64,000 nt of DNA from Spirochaetia bacterium (GCA_965203905.1 CBDBDQ010000005.1:1504001-1568000); one strand, 5' to 3'; numbered from the stretch's first letter, positions 11,208 to 21,442 are shown. The notes: generated by a model not told the origin, from the sequence alone. Numbers and translations: made by a program.

Positions 11208-11969
11208 ATGGGAGGGACGCGGCGGATCGTATTCGCCAATCAGAAGGGTGGGGTGGGAAAAACCACCACCGCCGTCAATCTCGGCGCCGCGATGGCGGCG
11301 ACCGACAAGCGGGTGCTGCTGGTCGACTTCGATCCGCAGGCAAACTCCTCGACCAGCCTGGGGTGCGACGGCGAGGATGGGGGCATCTACGAGCTGATTA
11401 CCGGCACGCTCGGCCCGGACGAGGTAATTCAGCACACCGCAGTGGCGGGCCTCGACATGGTTCCCTCCAGCATCAACCTGGCCGGAGCCGCCGTCGAACT
11501 GGTAACCGTGGAGCGCCGCGAGTTCTACCTCAGCGATGCGCTGGGTCCGTTGGAGGCGGTGTACGACTACGTGTTCATCGACTGCCCGCCGTCGTTGGGG
11601 ATCCTGACGATGAACGGCCTCGCGGCGGCTTCCCACGTCATCATTCCCCTGCAATGCGAGTATTTTGCGCTGGAAGGGTTGAGCGAGCTACTGAAGACGA
11701 TCCGGCGGGTTCAGGGGACTCTGAACCCCGGGCTCAAGGTCGGCGGGATCCTGTTCACCATGTTCGATGCGCGAACCCGCCTGTCCCAGGAGGTGGTCCG
11801 CGAGGTCACGGAGTTCTTCCGGCACCAGGTGTTCCGTACCATCATTCCGCGCAATGTGCGCCTGGGCGAAGCACCCTCCTACTCGCAGCCGATTCAGCTC
11901 TACGATCCCAAGTGCATCGGAGCACGCAGCTACAACGAGCTCGCCCGCGAGGTATGCCGACATGTCTAA
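11208..11969 (+). CDS. parA: Chromosome partition ATPase ParA/Soj
   Basis: NQKGGVGKTT, DFDPQAN, IDCPPSLG, PLQCEYFALEG, IPRNVRLGEAPS. Confidence 0.96.
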   Translation: MGGTRRIVFANQKGGVGKTTTAVNLGAAMAATDKRVLLVDFDPQANSSTSLGCDGEDGGIYELITGTLGPDEVIQHTAVAGLDMVPSSINLAGAAVELVTVERREFYLSDALGPLEAVYDYVFIDCPPSLGILTMNGLAAASHVIIPLQCEYFALEGLSELLKTIRRVQGTLNPGLKVGGILFTMFDARTRLSQEVVREVTEFFRHQVFRTIIPRNVRLGEAPSYSQPIQLYDPKCIGARSYNELAREVCRHV

Positions 11970-12858
11970 GAACAAGCGCCGCCCCGCGGCCCGCGGAGGC
12001 CTGGGCCGCGGGCTCGACGCCCTGATGGGAGACCGCCCCGAGTTGGCACCAACCGGCGGCGGGCCGACCGAGATTTCCCTGGACGAAATCGACGTCAGCG
12101 GCAGCCAGCCGCGCCGCCGCTTCGTGGATCAAACGATCGCGGAGCTGGCGCAGTCGATCTCCAGTCACGGCGTGCTGCAGCCGATCCTGGTGGAGCCGGT
12201 GGGCGGCCGTTACCGTATCATCGCGGGCGAGCGCCGGTTCCGCGCCGCCAGGCGCGCCGGCCTGCAGCGCATCCCCGCGCTGATCCGCACTTCCACCGAT
12301 GACGAACGCCTTACCCTGGCGCTGATCGAGAACATCCAGCGCGAGGATCTGACGCCGTTGGAGGAGGCACAGGCCTACCGGCGGCTCATCGACGTGAGCG
12401 GCATCAGCCAGGAGGATCTGGCGGCACGGGTGGGCAAGAACCGTTCCACCATCAGCAACAGCCTGCGCCTGCTCGGGCTTCCGGTGCAGGTGCAGGACGC
12501 GCTCACCGACGGCACCATCTCGGCCGGCCACGCCCGGGCGCTGCTGATGATCCCCGATCCGGACGAGCGGCAACGGCTGTTTGCGCGTATTGCCCAGTAC
12601 TCGGTGCGAGAGGCGGAGGCCTACGCGGCACGACTGCGCGAGCGGGAAGAAAAGAGCAGTCCGGAGCGAAACCCCTCAGGCGGCAAGCCGCAGCACTCTG
12701 CCGATCCCCACCTGCAAGAGCTGGAGCAGCAGCTGATCGACACCCTCGGCACCAAGGTGACGGTGACCGGCAGCCCGCAACGGGGCAAGATAGAGATTTC
12801 ATTCTTCTCCGCCGACGACCTCGACCGCATCGGCCAGGCTCTCCTGGGCGGCGTGTAG
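11962..12858 (+). CDS. parB: Chromosome partition protein ParB/Spo0J
   Basis: GLGRGLDAL, GVLQPI, IAGERRFRA, ENIQREDL, HTH KNRSTISNSLRL. Confidence 0.96.
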   Translation: MSKNKRRPAARGGLGRGLDALMGDRPELAPTGGGPTEISLDEIDVSGSQPRRRFVDQTIAELAQSISSHGVLQPILVEPVGGRYRIIAGERRFRAARRAGLQRIPALIRTSTDDERLTLALIENIQREDLTPLEEAQAYRRLIDVSGISQEDLAARVGKNRSTISNSLRLLGLPVQVQDALTDGTISAGHARALLMIPDPDERQRLFARIAQYSVREAEAYAARLREREEKSSPERNPSGGKPQHSADPHLQELEQQLIDTLGTKVTVTGSPQRGKIEISFFSADDLDRIGQALLGGV

Positions 12859-12883
12859 CCGCCAACTGCCGCGCGAGGAGACC

Positions 12884-14482
12884 GTGAACAAGCCGAACGT
12901 CGTCTACTTTCTGGTCGATGACATGGGCTACGGCGACGTGTCCTGCCTCAACCCACGCGGCAGGATCGCCACGCCTCAGTTCGACCGGCTGGCGCGCGAG
13001 GGGATGGTGTGCCGGGACGCCCATTCCAGCTCCGCGGTCTGCTCCCCATCCCGCTACGGCGTGCTCACCGGCCGCTACAACTGGCGCACGACGCTGCAGA
13101 AGGGCATCGTGGGTCCCTACGGCCCGCCGCTGATCGACCAGCGGCGGCTCACGGTAGGCAGGCTGCTGCAGCGCCACGGTTATCACTGCGCTGCGATCGG
13201 CAAGTGGCATCTCGGGATGGACTGGCCCTTCGCCTCGGAGAAGCGGCCCGGACCGACTTCGGGGTCGGTTGACTGGCCAACCGCGGCGACCGACGATTTT
13301 CTGCCGCCGCACTCCAACGAGCAGCCGGCCGCCACCGAGCTGGAGGCGAACGAGCGGCAGCGCGCGCTGTGGCGAGACTTCTTTTCCCGCAGGATCGCGG
13401 GCGGCCCCACCACCCGCGGGTTCGACTACTACTTCGGCGTCGATGTCCCCAACTGGCCGCCCTACTGCTTTATCGAGAACGACGCCACCGTCGGCACACC
13501 CTCGGAGTTCCTGCCGGAGCGGCTGCTCGGCGACAACCTCGCCAGCCTGCAGGGCCCGGCCATGCCGTACTGGCACTTCGAGCAGCTGCTGCCGACGTTC
13601 GCCCGCGCCGCCGACGGCTACATCGCCCGCCGCGCCGCCGAGCGGCAACCCTTCTTCCTCTACCTGCCGATGACCTCGCCGCACACCCCGCTGTCGGTGA
13701 ACAAGCGCTGGATCGGAGCCAGCGGACTGAACAACCTGTACGCCGATCTGGTGATGGAAACCGACGCCGTGTTCGGACAGGTGCTGGATTCCCTGGAACG
13801 TCACGGCGTCGCCGACAATACCCTGGTCATATTTACCAGCGACAACGGCTGCGCGCCCTACATCGGCGTCGATCAGATGGAGGCGCAGGGCCACCATCCG
13901 AGTGCCGGGTTCCGCGGCTACAAGTCGGACGCCTGGGACGGCGGCCACCGGGTTCCGTTCATCGCGCGCTGGCCGGGCGTGATCGCGCCGGGGAGCAGCA
14001 GCGGCCAATTGGTGTGCCTGACCGATTTGCTGGCCACCTGCGCCGACTTCCTGGACGATCCGCTGCCGGCCACCGCAGGAGAGGACAGCTGTAGCATGCT
14101 GCCGCTGTTCCGGGACGCCGACGAGCCGATCCGCGACCACGTGGTGCACCACTCCATCACCGGCAAGTTTGCCATCCGCGACCGGCGCTGGAAGCTGGTG
14201 CTGTGTCCCGGGTCGGGCGGCTGGACCCTGAACGACGCCGCCGCGGCCGGCGAGGGGTTGCCGCTGGTCCAGCTCTACGACATGCAGCGCGACCCGGCCG
14301 AGCGCCACAATCTGCATGCCGAACGCCCCGCGGTGGTGCGGGAGATGGTGGCGCACTTGAAACGGCTGGTGGCTGCCGGCCGCAGTACGCCGGGTGCGGC
14401 GCAGAGCAACGACGCGGCCGTGGACATCTGGAAGGCGGATACCCTGCCCGGCATCGATCCGGCGCGGTTCGACGACTACTGA
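12884..14482 (+). CDS. Arylsulfatase (Cys-type formylglycine sulfatase)
   Basis: DDMGYGD, CSPSRYGVLTG (CxPxR), GKWHLG, FTSDNG. Confidence 0.92.
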   Translation: MNKPNVVYFLVDDMGYGDVSCLNPRGRIATPQFDRLAREGMVCRDAHSSSAVCSPSRYGVLTGRYNWRTTLQKGIVGPYGPPLIDQRRLTVGRLLQRHGYHCAAIGKWHLGMDWPFASEKRPGPTSGSVDWPTAATDDFLPPHSNEQPAATELEANERQRALWRDFFSRRIAGGPTTRGFDYYFGVDVPNWPPYCFIENDATVGTPSEFLPERLLGDNLASLQGPAMPYWHFEQLLPTFARAADGYIARRAAERQPFFLYLPMTSPHTPLSVNKRWIGASGLNNLYADLVMETDAVFGQVLDSLERHGVADNTLVIFTSDNGCAPYIGVDQMEAQGHHPSAGFRGYKSDAWDGGHRVPFIARWPGVIAPGSSSGQLVCLTDLLATCADFLDDPLPATAGEDSCSMLPLFRDADEPIRDHVVHHSITGKFAIRDRRWKLVLCPGSGGWTLNDAAAAGEGLPLVQLYDMQRDPAERHNLHAERPAVVREMVAHLKRLVAAGRSTPGAAQSNDAAVDIWKADTLPGIDPARFDDY

Positions 14483-14698
14483 CGCTGGTACGACTCGATC
14501 TTTCGCGGCGAAGGGACCGGCACCGACCGCATCCTCGGCACGCCCCCGCTGGACTACTCCCGGATCGATGCGGCGACCTGGCGCGCGGTACGCGCTACCT
14601 ACTACGGGATGACCTCGTGCCTCGACCACCAGGTCGGGCGCACCGCCGGCCCGGCACTGGATTCCCAGCCACAGGCCGCAGTAGACGGGTCGCGGTAA
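14483..14698 (+). pseudogene. Internal sulfatase-like gene fragment
   Basis: Start-less frame RWYDSIF...WRAVRATYYGMTSCLDHQVGR resembles the sulfatase YY.M...D.QVG helix. Confidence 0.55.
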
Positions 14699-14705
14699 AG
14701 GGAAT

Positions 14706-15839
14706 CTACCAGTCGCGCACCGAGCCGTCGTGACCGAGCGGCGTGGCCAGCGTCTTGTCCTGCACCCGGTAGCGCGCCAGCGCGTCCTCGTCGAACTCGA
14801 CCCCGAGCCCGGGTCGGTCGGGGACCAGCAGGTGGCCCTCCTCCAGCACCAGCGGGGCCCTCAGCAGCTCGCTCTTGGGCGGTTCCGACTCGCCGGTGTA
14901 CTCCTGCAGCGCGAAGTTGGGGATGGCGGCGTCCAACTGCACGCAGGCCGCGGTACTGACCGGGCTCAGCGGGTTGTGCGGGATCACCTTCACGTGGCTC
15001 GCCTCCGCCAGGGCGGCTACCTTCTTGCAGCCCGACAGCCCGCCGCACAGGCACAGGTCGGGGCGCACGTAGGCCGCGCCCTTCGCCCGCAGCACCTGCT
15101 GGAACTCGAAGATGGTGGTGAACCGTTCCCCGGTGGCGACCGGTACGTTGCAGCGGGCCTGGATGTCGCCCATCACCTCCGGACTGTCGGGGAGCATCGG
15201 GTCCTCGTAGAAATAGGGGTGGAACTGCTCCAGGCGGCGGCCGAGCCAGATCGACTCGGCAGGATTCATGCGCCGGTGGATCTCGACGCACAGGTCCACC
15301 GCCGGCCCCACCGCTTCGCGCACCGCCCCGACGCGGCGCACCGCCTCGTCGGCCCACTCGCTGTACGATCTCTGGCGCGGAAAGTCAAGCCGGAACGGAT
15401 CGAAGCGTACCGCGGTGAAGCCGGCCGCCACCTTGGCCTGGGCGTCGGCTGCCAGCGCCTCCGCCGTGGCCCCGGCCACGTGCATGTAGCAGCGGATCCG
15501 GTCGCGCGTCCTGCCGCCGAGCAGGTCGTAGATCGGCACGCCGAGGCGTTTGCCCTTGATGTCCCACAGGGCGATGTCGATCGCCGCCAGCGCTCCCTGA
15601 ATCACCGAGCCCATGAAGTGGGACGACCGGTACAGCCACTGGTAGTGGTGCTCGATGCGCGCCGGGTCCTGGCCCACCAGATAGGCGCTCATCACCTCGA
15701 GCATGGTCGCCGTGGGGCGCTGCCACCCGTGCACGCCGCCTTCCCCGATGCCGGCCGTCCCATCTTCGCAGATGACCTTGAGCAACAGCCACCGATCCCA
15801 GAGGATGGGCTCCAGCGTAGCGATCCTGGTTGCTTTCAT
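14706..15839 (-). CDS. Mandelate racemase/galactonate dehydratase (DgoD-like) enolase-superfamily enzyme
   Basis: GIGEG, AAIDIALWDIKGK, YEDP, ATGER, PHNP, LQEY motifs. Confidence 0.9.
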   Translation of the reverse strand: MKATRIATLEPILWDRWLLLKVICEDGTAGIGEGGVHGWQRPTATMLEVMSAYLVGQDPARIEHHYQWLYRSSHFMGSVIQGALAAIDIALWDIKGKRLGVPIYDLLGGRTRDRIRCYMHVAGATAEALAADAQAKVAAGFTAVRFDPFRLDFPRQRSYSEWADEAVRRVGAVREAVGPAVDLCVEIHRRMNPAESIWLGRRLEQFHPYFYEDPMLPDSPEVMGDIQARCNVPVATGERFTTIFEFQQVLRAKGAAYVRPDLCLCGGLSGCKKVAALAEASHVKVIPHNPLSPVSTAACVQLDAAIPNFALQEYTGESEPPKSELLRAPLVLEEGHLLVPDRPGLGVEFDEDALARYRVQDKTLATPLGHDGSVRDW

Positions 15840-15979
15840 GACGCTGGCGGAACAGTATTTCACATCGCGCGGTGGACGGACAGTCGCCCGCGCCGGGCCG
15901 GTGCCGGGCCGGACATCGCCGGATACGCCGGACAACAGCCCGGGCGGGCTGATACTTCCCGGCTTTCCCGGAGCGGGAA

Positions 15980-16010
15980 TTGACAACCGGGTGGCGGTCG
16001 TCTATATATT
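15980..16010 (+). promoter_or_regulatory. sigma70 promoter for tRNA cluster
   Basis: TTGACA (15980) followed after 17 bp by TATATATT, about 27 nt before the first tRNA. Confidence 0.7.
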
Positions 16011-16036
16011 GGTTTCTCTGGTAGTGCGCACGCCTC

Positions 16037-16120
16037 GGAGAGGTGTCCGAGTGGTCGAAGGAGGCGGTCTTGAAAACCGTTGAGCGTTTCGCTCCGGGGG
16101 TTCGAATCCCTCCCTCTCCG
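16037..16120 (+). tRNA. tRNA-Ser(TGA)
   Basis: GGAGAGG/CCTCTCC acceptor stem, anticodon loop CT-TGA-AA, long variable arm, GTTCGAATC. Confidence 0.95.
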
Positions 16121-16169
16121 CGTCGGGGGTGGCCGGCGCCCATTGAGGTCGGTGCGCCCCGCCATGCCG

Positions 16170-16256
<87 letters not shown>

Positions 16257-16285
16257 AACGGCGCGACCTGGTGTCGCGCCGACTC

Positions 16286-16360
16286 GTGCCCATAGCTCAG
16301 TCTGGATAGAGCGTTAGATTGCGGATCTAGAGGTCGGAGGTTCGAGTCCTCTTGGGCACG
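16286..16360 (+). tRNA. tRNA-Arg(GCG)
   Basis: GTGCCCA/TGGGCAC acceptor stem, ttaga-TT-GCG-GA-tctag anticodon arm. Confidence 0.95.
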
Positions 16361-16403
16361 CAAACCCGGCGGGCAGGCAACCGCGCCTGGGCCGCCGGGG
16401 CAC

Positions 16404-16493
16404 GGAGAGATGCGAGAGCGGTCGAATCGGGCGGACTCGAAATCCGTTGAGCCGCATATGCTGGCTCCGTGGGTTCGAATCCCACTCTCTCCG
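16404..16493 (+). tRNA. tRNA-Ser(CGA)
   Basis: gcgga-CT-CGA-AA-tccgt anticodon arm, long variable arm. Confidence 0.95.
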
Positions 16494-16543
16494 CCTCAGG
16501 GTGGCGGTGCAGTCGGCGCGATGCGCACTACCGCCCGTGCTCG

Positions 16544-16631
16544 GGAGAGATGACCGAGGGGCCGAAGGTGCACGCTTGGAAAGCGTGTGTACTCTTACCG
16601 GGTACCGTGGGTTCGAATCCCACTCTCTCCG
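16544..16631 (+). tRNA. tRNA-Ser(GGA)
   Basis: cacgc-TT-GGA-AA-gcgtg anticodon arm, long variable arm. Confidence 0.95.
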
Positions 16632-16634
16632 AAA

Positions 16635-16756
16635 GCCCGTCTGGTCCGTCTCCGATCTACGCTATGCCCGTCCGCCCAACCCCGTCAGGACCGGAAGGTA
16701 GCAGCGGTAAGCGATGCGGGCAGGAGCCGTAGCTCGTCGGAGACGGCCGGCCGGGC
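16635..16756 (+). ncRNA. ffs: Signal recognition particle small (4.5S) RNA
   Basis: Domain IV core CCGTCAGGACCGGAAGGTAGCAGCGG in a long hairpin followed by CTTTT; upstream of dnaX. Ends approximate. Confidence 0.92.
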
Positions 16757-16837
16757 CTTTTCAGGGGCCAGGACGCCGGGGCAGGGGCCCGTGGGCGAAG
16801 CTGTGCCGATGATTTGCGCCATGTGGGGGATGAGGCG

Positions 16838-18571
16838 ATGGCCTACGAAGTGACTGCGGCACGCAAACGGCCACGTACCTTCGATCAGATCGTGGGCCAG
16901 GAATTCGTCGTGGCGACCCTGCGCGGGGCCATCGAACGGCGCCGGATAGCCCACGCCTTCCTGTTCTCGGGACCGCGCGGGGTGGGCAAGACATCCGCCG
17001 CCCGGGTCCTCGCGCGGGCTCTCAACTGCGCCTCCGGGCCGACCCCGGAGCCTTGCGATAATTGTAGTCAGTGTAAGGAAATAATTGCAGGATCGGCGCT
17101 CGACGTAATCGAGATAGACGGAGCCTCGAATACCAGTGTGGACGACGTGCGGGCGATCAAGGACGAGGTTCTGTTTCCCCCCGCGGCCGCGCGCTACAAG
17201 GTGTACATCATCGACGAGGTGCACATGCTCTCCAACAGCGCGTTCAATGCGCTGTTGAAGACCATCGAGGAACCGCCCCCATACGTGGTCTTCATCTTCG
17301 CCACCACCGAGATCCACAAGGTTCCGGCCACCATCCGCTCGCGCTGTCAGCAGTTCACGTTCCGCCTGTTCTCCACCGATGAAATCCGCCAGCGACTCGC
17401 CGAGGTGGCACGCGAGCTCGCGCTCGAGACCGACGAGGAGGCGCTGATCTGGATCGCCAAGGAGGCGGAAGGGTCGTTGCGCGACGCCTACACCACCTTC
17501 GACCAGATCGCCTCGTTCACCGGCGATGGGCGGATCAGCGTCAGCGCCATCCGCGACACCGTCGGCGCGTTGAGCATGGACGAACTCAATCAGGTGGGGG
17601 AGCTGATCGGCAGCGATGACGGCAACGCCATGCTCGCCCTGGCCGACACCATCCTGGAGCGTGGCGTTTCGGTGGAGCGCTTCGGCCTCGCGCTGGCGGA
17701 CTATCTGCGCTCACTGCTGTTGCTGCGCCACGGAGTCGAACGGCCCGGGATACTCGGCTACGCACCGCAGAGCTTCAGCGAGCGGGCCCGCTCGCGGCTC
17801 AAGGTGAGCGAGCTCGAACTGGCCGGTGAAATGCTGCTGGAGCTGCACCGCAACCTGAAACAGTCGGTCAATCCACGCTTCGAGCTGGAGTTGCTCCTGA
17901 GCCGTCTGGCACGGGTCCAGGGGCTGGTCACCCCGGATGAGCTGCTCGCCGAGGTCAGCGCCATCAAGGGCCAGTTCCAGGCGGAGGGCAGCCGGCCGGC
18001 GCCACCGCCGGCCGCGCGCCAGGACGCGCCGGCACCTGCCCCTTCCGGCAGTCTGCGCCGGGAGTCGGGCACGGCCCAAGCCGCACCGGCGGCTGCGCGC
18101 GCCGGTGGCCAGGGCGCGCCGCCGGCCGCCGCGCCGGCGCCGGTGTCCCCGACCGCGCCAGCGGACACCGGCGCGGCACCCGCGGCGGCCCCGGAACCGG
18201 CCGCACGGCAACCCGCGCCGCCGCCGGCCGCGGAAGGGCTGCTGGCGAAGCTCGGTTCGCAGATCCGCGCACACGAACAGCTCGCCCTCGCGGCATCCCT
18301 GGAACGGGCACAGGAGGCGGCGCTTTCCGATGACCAGGTAACGATCACGTTCGGTTCGGGCGAGCGCTACTCGGGGCAGCACGTGATCGGCGAGCAGCGC
18401 GCGGTCGCCGCCGCCGCCGCCGCGGTGGTGGGGCGTCCGGTAAGCGTCAAGGTGAATTACCGCCGCGACGGCGAGCAGCCTCGAGCGGACACTGCCGGTG
18501 GCGGCGACGTACAACGGTTCCTGAAGGTGTTCCGCGGCGAAGTGGTAAAGGAGATCTCATTTGGCACATAA
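16838..18571 (+). CDS. dnaX: DNA polymerase III gamma/tau
   Basis: FSGPRGVGKT, zinc motif, EIDGAS, IIDEVHML, SRC; Pro/Ala-rich linker. Confidence 0.96.
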   Translation: MAYEVTAARKRPRTFDQIVGQEFVVATLRGAIERRRIAHAFLFSGPRGVGKTSAARVLARALNCASGPTPEPCDNCSQCKEIIAGSALDVIEIDGASNTSVDDVRAIKDEVLFPPAAARYKVYIIDEVHMLSNSAFNALLKTIEEPPPYVVFIFATTEIHKVPATIRSRCQQFTFRLFSTDEIRQRLAEVARELALETDEEALIWIAKEAEGSLRDAYTTFDQIASFTGDGRISVSAIRDTVGALSMDELNQVGELIGSDDGNAMLALADTILERGVSVERFGLALADYLRSLLLLRHGVERPGILGYAPQSFSERARSRLKVSELELAGEMLLELHRNLKQSVNPRFELELLLSRLARVQGLVTPDELLAEVSAIKGQFQAEGSRPAPPPAARQDAPAPAPSGSLRRESGTAQAAPAAARAGGQGAPPAAAPAPVSPTAPADTGAAPAAAPEPAARQPAPPPAAEGLLAKLGSQIRAHEQLALAASLERAQEAALSDDQVTITFGSGERYSGQHVIGEQRAVAAAAAAVVGRPVSVKVNYRRDGEQPRADTAGGGDVQRFLKVFRGEVVKEISFGT

Positions 18572-18884
18572 CCCATTGGACTTTCTCAAGGTGATCCAGG
18601 GCCTGCAGCGCAACATGGGCAACATGGAGGAGAAGCTGCGCGCCGTACGCGTCACGGGCAGCGCCGGCGGTGACATGGTCGAGGTGGTGCTCAACGGACA
18701 CCTGGAGGTGCTGCAGGTGAAGTTGGCCCCCGACAGCATCGACCCCAATGATCGGGAGATGCTCGAGGACCTGGTGCGCGCCGCGTTCACCGATGCCATT
18801 GGCAAGGTAAAGGAGAATCTGCGCGGCGAGTTCAGCTCCGCCATGGGCATGCCGCTGCCGCCGGGACTGTTCGGGGCGTCGTAG
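18561..18884 (+). CDS. ybaB: YbaB/EbfC nucleoid-associated protein
   Basis: GSAGGDMV, DREMLEDLVRAA; lies between dnaX and recR. Confidence 0.92.
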   Translation: MAHNPLDFLKVIQGLQRNMGNMEEKLRAVRVTGSAGGDMVEVVLNGHLEVLQVKLAPDSIDPNDREMLEDLVRAAFTDAIGKVKENLRGEFSSAMGMPLPPGLFGAS

Positions 18885-18897
18885 CGGCGCACACGTC

Positions 18898-19488
18898 GTG
18901 AACAGTCTGGAGCGACTCGTCACCGCCCTGGCCAAGTTGCCGGGATTGGGGCGCAAGAGCGCGGCCCGGCTGGCCTATCACCTGCTGCGCGCCGATCCAT
19001 CCTACGTGCGTGGGCTGGCCGCGGACCTGGTGGCTCTGCGCGAGCGCATCCGGCCGTGCCGCGTGTGCGGGGCCTACACCGAGGCGGAGCACTGCCGGAT
19101 CTGCTCCGATCCGGGGCGTGACCCGAACTACGTGTGCGTGGTGGAGCAGCCGCAGGACGTGGAGACGATCGAGGCGACCGGCGAGTTTCGCGGCCGCTAC
19201 CACGTGCTGATGGGGGTGCTCTCGCCGCTGGACGGAGTTGGACCCGAGGACTTGCGTATCGATCCGCTGCTGCAACGGGTACGGGCCGAGGACGTGCGCG
19301 AGGTAATCGTTGCGACCAACCCCACGGTGGAGGGGGAGGCCACCGCGCTGCTGCTGGCCAAGCAGCTCAAGGCCCTCGGCGTGACCACCTCGCAGCTCGC
19401 CCATGGCCTGCCCGTGGGCAGCGATCTGGAGTATTCCGATCGCCTTACGGTAAGCCGCGCGCTGCGCGGACGGGTGCGTCTGGACTGA
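18898..19488 (+). CDS. recR: Recombination protein RecR
   Basis: LPGLGRKSA, C4 zinc finger, YHVLMG, ATNPTVEGEAT. Confidence 0.96.
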   Translation: MNSLERLVTALAKLPGLGRKSAARLAYHLLRADPSYVRGLAADLVALRERIRPCRVCGAYTEAEHCRICSDPGRDPNYVCVVEQPQDVETIEATGEFRGRYHVLMGVLSPLDGVGPEDLRIDPLLQRVRAEDVREVIVATNPTVEGEATALLLAKQLKALGVTTSQLAHGLPVGSDLEYSDRLTVSRALRGRVRLD

Positions 19489-19490
19489 CT

Positions 19491-20939
19491 TCAGATCTTG
19501 TCGATCAGGATGGAGCACTTGCCGGACGGGATCGGCAGCGTCTTGCGGCGCTCTTCGCGCAGCACGTTGATGGTCAGATAGTAGAGTTTCTCCGACTCCA
19601 GCCGCACTTCCCAGCCGCGCGCGCTCTTGGCGCTGAGAATCGAGATCAGGTTGCGCTTGAGCAGCAGGTTCTCGATGCCCATGATCTCCATCACCGGGAT
19701 GCGCCAGTCGACCGTCTTGCGCGGCAGGGATATGAACAGTCCCACCACGTTCTCGATCATCAGCGTCACCGTGCTGAGGGCGTTGTAGGCCATCAGCAAC
19801 TGGCGCGGAAACCCGCGCTTGCCGTTCCACCTGGCGGGACCCTCGCGCTGCGGGGCGTAGGCTTCGTACAGAGATCCGGCAGCCCCCTCCTCGGGGTGCA
19901 GCCCGTCGAGCACGTAGTAGAGATGGCGCAGGACGAATTCGCGTGCCATGTCGTACTTCCCGTACTTCTCGAGACCCTTGATCACCATGTAGTTGAACGG
20001 GGGTACCACCGACCCCTTGTAGCCGGCGCCTTCCCGTGAAAAGGCCGCGTGGGCGGCCGACAGGGTCGGAAACGGGTGCTCCACGCCGAACTCGTTCGCG
20101 TCGCTCAGGTAGGCGATGAGGCGTTCGCTCTTTTCCTCGTTGGGAATCTCCGCCAGCAACGTCCAGAACGCGCCGATGGTGCGCACCGACAGACGCTGCT
20201 GGTGACGGTCCAGGTCGTAGTAGAAGCCGGTCGCGTCATCCCACATCTTCTGGCTGATGCGGGTCTTCAGGGCGAAGTACGCGCGCTTGTACTTGAAGCT
20301 GGTGTCCTTGTCGTTGAGCACGTCGCCGATCGCCGACAGGTACAGGGCGTTGAGTGCCTGCTGGGCGTTGAAGTCCAGCGGGTAGTAGCAGCCGTCGCGA
20401 GGGCTGTTGCCCATCATGGTGGCGGCCGCCGGCACCGAGTAGAGGCCGTTTTCCTTGCGGTGCGTGGTCTGCAGCCATTCGAAATGGCGCTCCAGTGTCG
20501 GGAGCACCTCGCGCAATCGTTTCTTGGTACCCAGCTTGTGGTAGAGGTTGAACTCCGCCCAGGAGAACAGTGGCGGTGCCGCACCCGTGGGGTTGGACCT
20601 GGGCAGCACCGGGCTGCCATCCTCGATCAGGTACTCGCCGCGGATGGCGCCGTCTTCCTCCTGCTTCTGGTAGAAGGTGTCCAGTTGCGCGGTTACCGGA
20701 TAGGTACGGTTGCTGTAGACCAGAAAGAAGGTGGAGAAGCAGGCCTCGAACTGGTTGATGCGTTCCGCCGCGGGGTGGCAGAAGTAGCGCGCGGTGAAAC
20801 CGTTGGCACAGGTCCCCTTGTGCCATTGGTCGCGGATCCACGACCATGAGCGCTCGTACAGGTTGACCAGGTCCTGGTCGTAGAAGTTGATTTCCGGGAA
20901 GTCGGACTTGACAGCCCGTTGCCGTATCGCGTCACCCAT
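19491..20939 (-). CDS. MGH1/GH63-like (alpha/alpha)6 glycoside hydrolase family protein
   Basis: APPLFSWAE, MGNSPR, MWDDATGFYYD, HPFPTLS, YKGSVVPP, LYEAY; start uncertain. Confidence 0.75.
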   Translation of the reverse strand: MGDAIRQRAVKSDFPEINFYDQDLVNLYERSWSWIRDQWHKGTCANGFTARYFCHPAAERINQFEACFSTFFLVYSNRTYPVTAQLDTFYQKQEEDGAIRGEYLIEDGSPVLPRSNPTGAAPPLFSWAEFNLYHKLGTKKRLREVLPTLERHFEWLQTTHRKENGLYSVPAAATMMGNSPRDGCYYPLDFNAQQALNALYLSAIGDVLNDKDTSFKYKRAYFALKTRISQKMWDDATGFYYDLDRHQQRLSVRTIGAFWTLLAEIPNEEKSERLIAYLSDANEFGVEHPFPTLSAAHAAFSREGAGYKGSVVPPFNYMVIKGLEKYGKYDMAREFVLRHLYYVLDGLHPEEGAAGSLYEAYAPQREGPARWNGKRGFPRQLLMAYNALSTVTLMIENVVGLFISLPRKTVDWRIPVMEIMGIENLLLKRNLISILSAKSARGWEVRLESEKLYYLTINVLREERRKTLPIPSGKCSILIDKI

Positions 20940-21127
20940 GCTGGCGGTCACCGTGACGTGGCTGGCTGGCAGCCGCTGGCCGGTGCTATCCTGAAAGACT
21001 ATACGGGTCTGGTTCCGCCCGCGTCAAATTGGCCCGCTGTTTGCTAGCAGAACGGGCATGCGCGGCGTGCGGCGCCGGCCCTTGCCTTGACAGGGCGCCG
21101 ACCGAGCACCCATGCTAGCACGATCCG

Positions 21128-21442
21128 ATGCAGCAACACACCACGCTCAGCGAAGCGGAGCTCGACGTTACCGCGTACATGGCGCGGTTGCGCCTGAGCA
21201 GCGCGGAACGCGAACGCCTCCGCACCGAGGTGCAGCAGATCCTCTCCTACTTCGACCTCATGGCGGCGCTCGACGTAAGCGGCGTCGAACCCACGACCCA
21301 TGCGCTGCAGCCGCGCAATCGGCTGCGCCCGGATCGGGTCGTGGCGGCCGACCGGCGCTGGCCCGGTGCCACGCCGGAGCGTCTGCTCGACGCGGCGCCG
21401 GAATGCGAAGACGACCACTTCAGCGTGCCGAACGTCCTGTAA
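21128..21442 (+). CDS. gatC: Asp/Glu-tRNA amidotransferase subunit C
   Basis: ARLRL...ILSYFD...VEPT...LRPD...NAP-like...FSVP; upstream of gatA. Confidence 0.9.
   Translation: MQQHTTLSEAELDVTAYMARLRLSSAERERLRTEVQQILSYFDLMAALDVSGVEPTTHALQPRNRLRPDRVVAADRRWPGATPERLLDAAPECEDDHFSVPNVL

Noticed and set aside
17980-18240. Pro/Ala-rich low-complexity stretch in dnaX as a repeat or frameshift site
   Set aside because: Normal tau linker; no A-AAA-AAG or poly-A slippery site seen.
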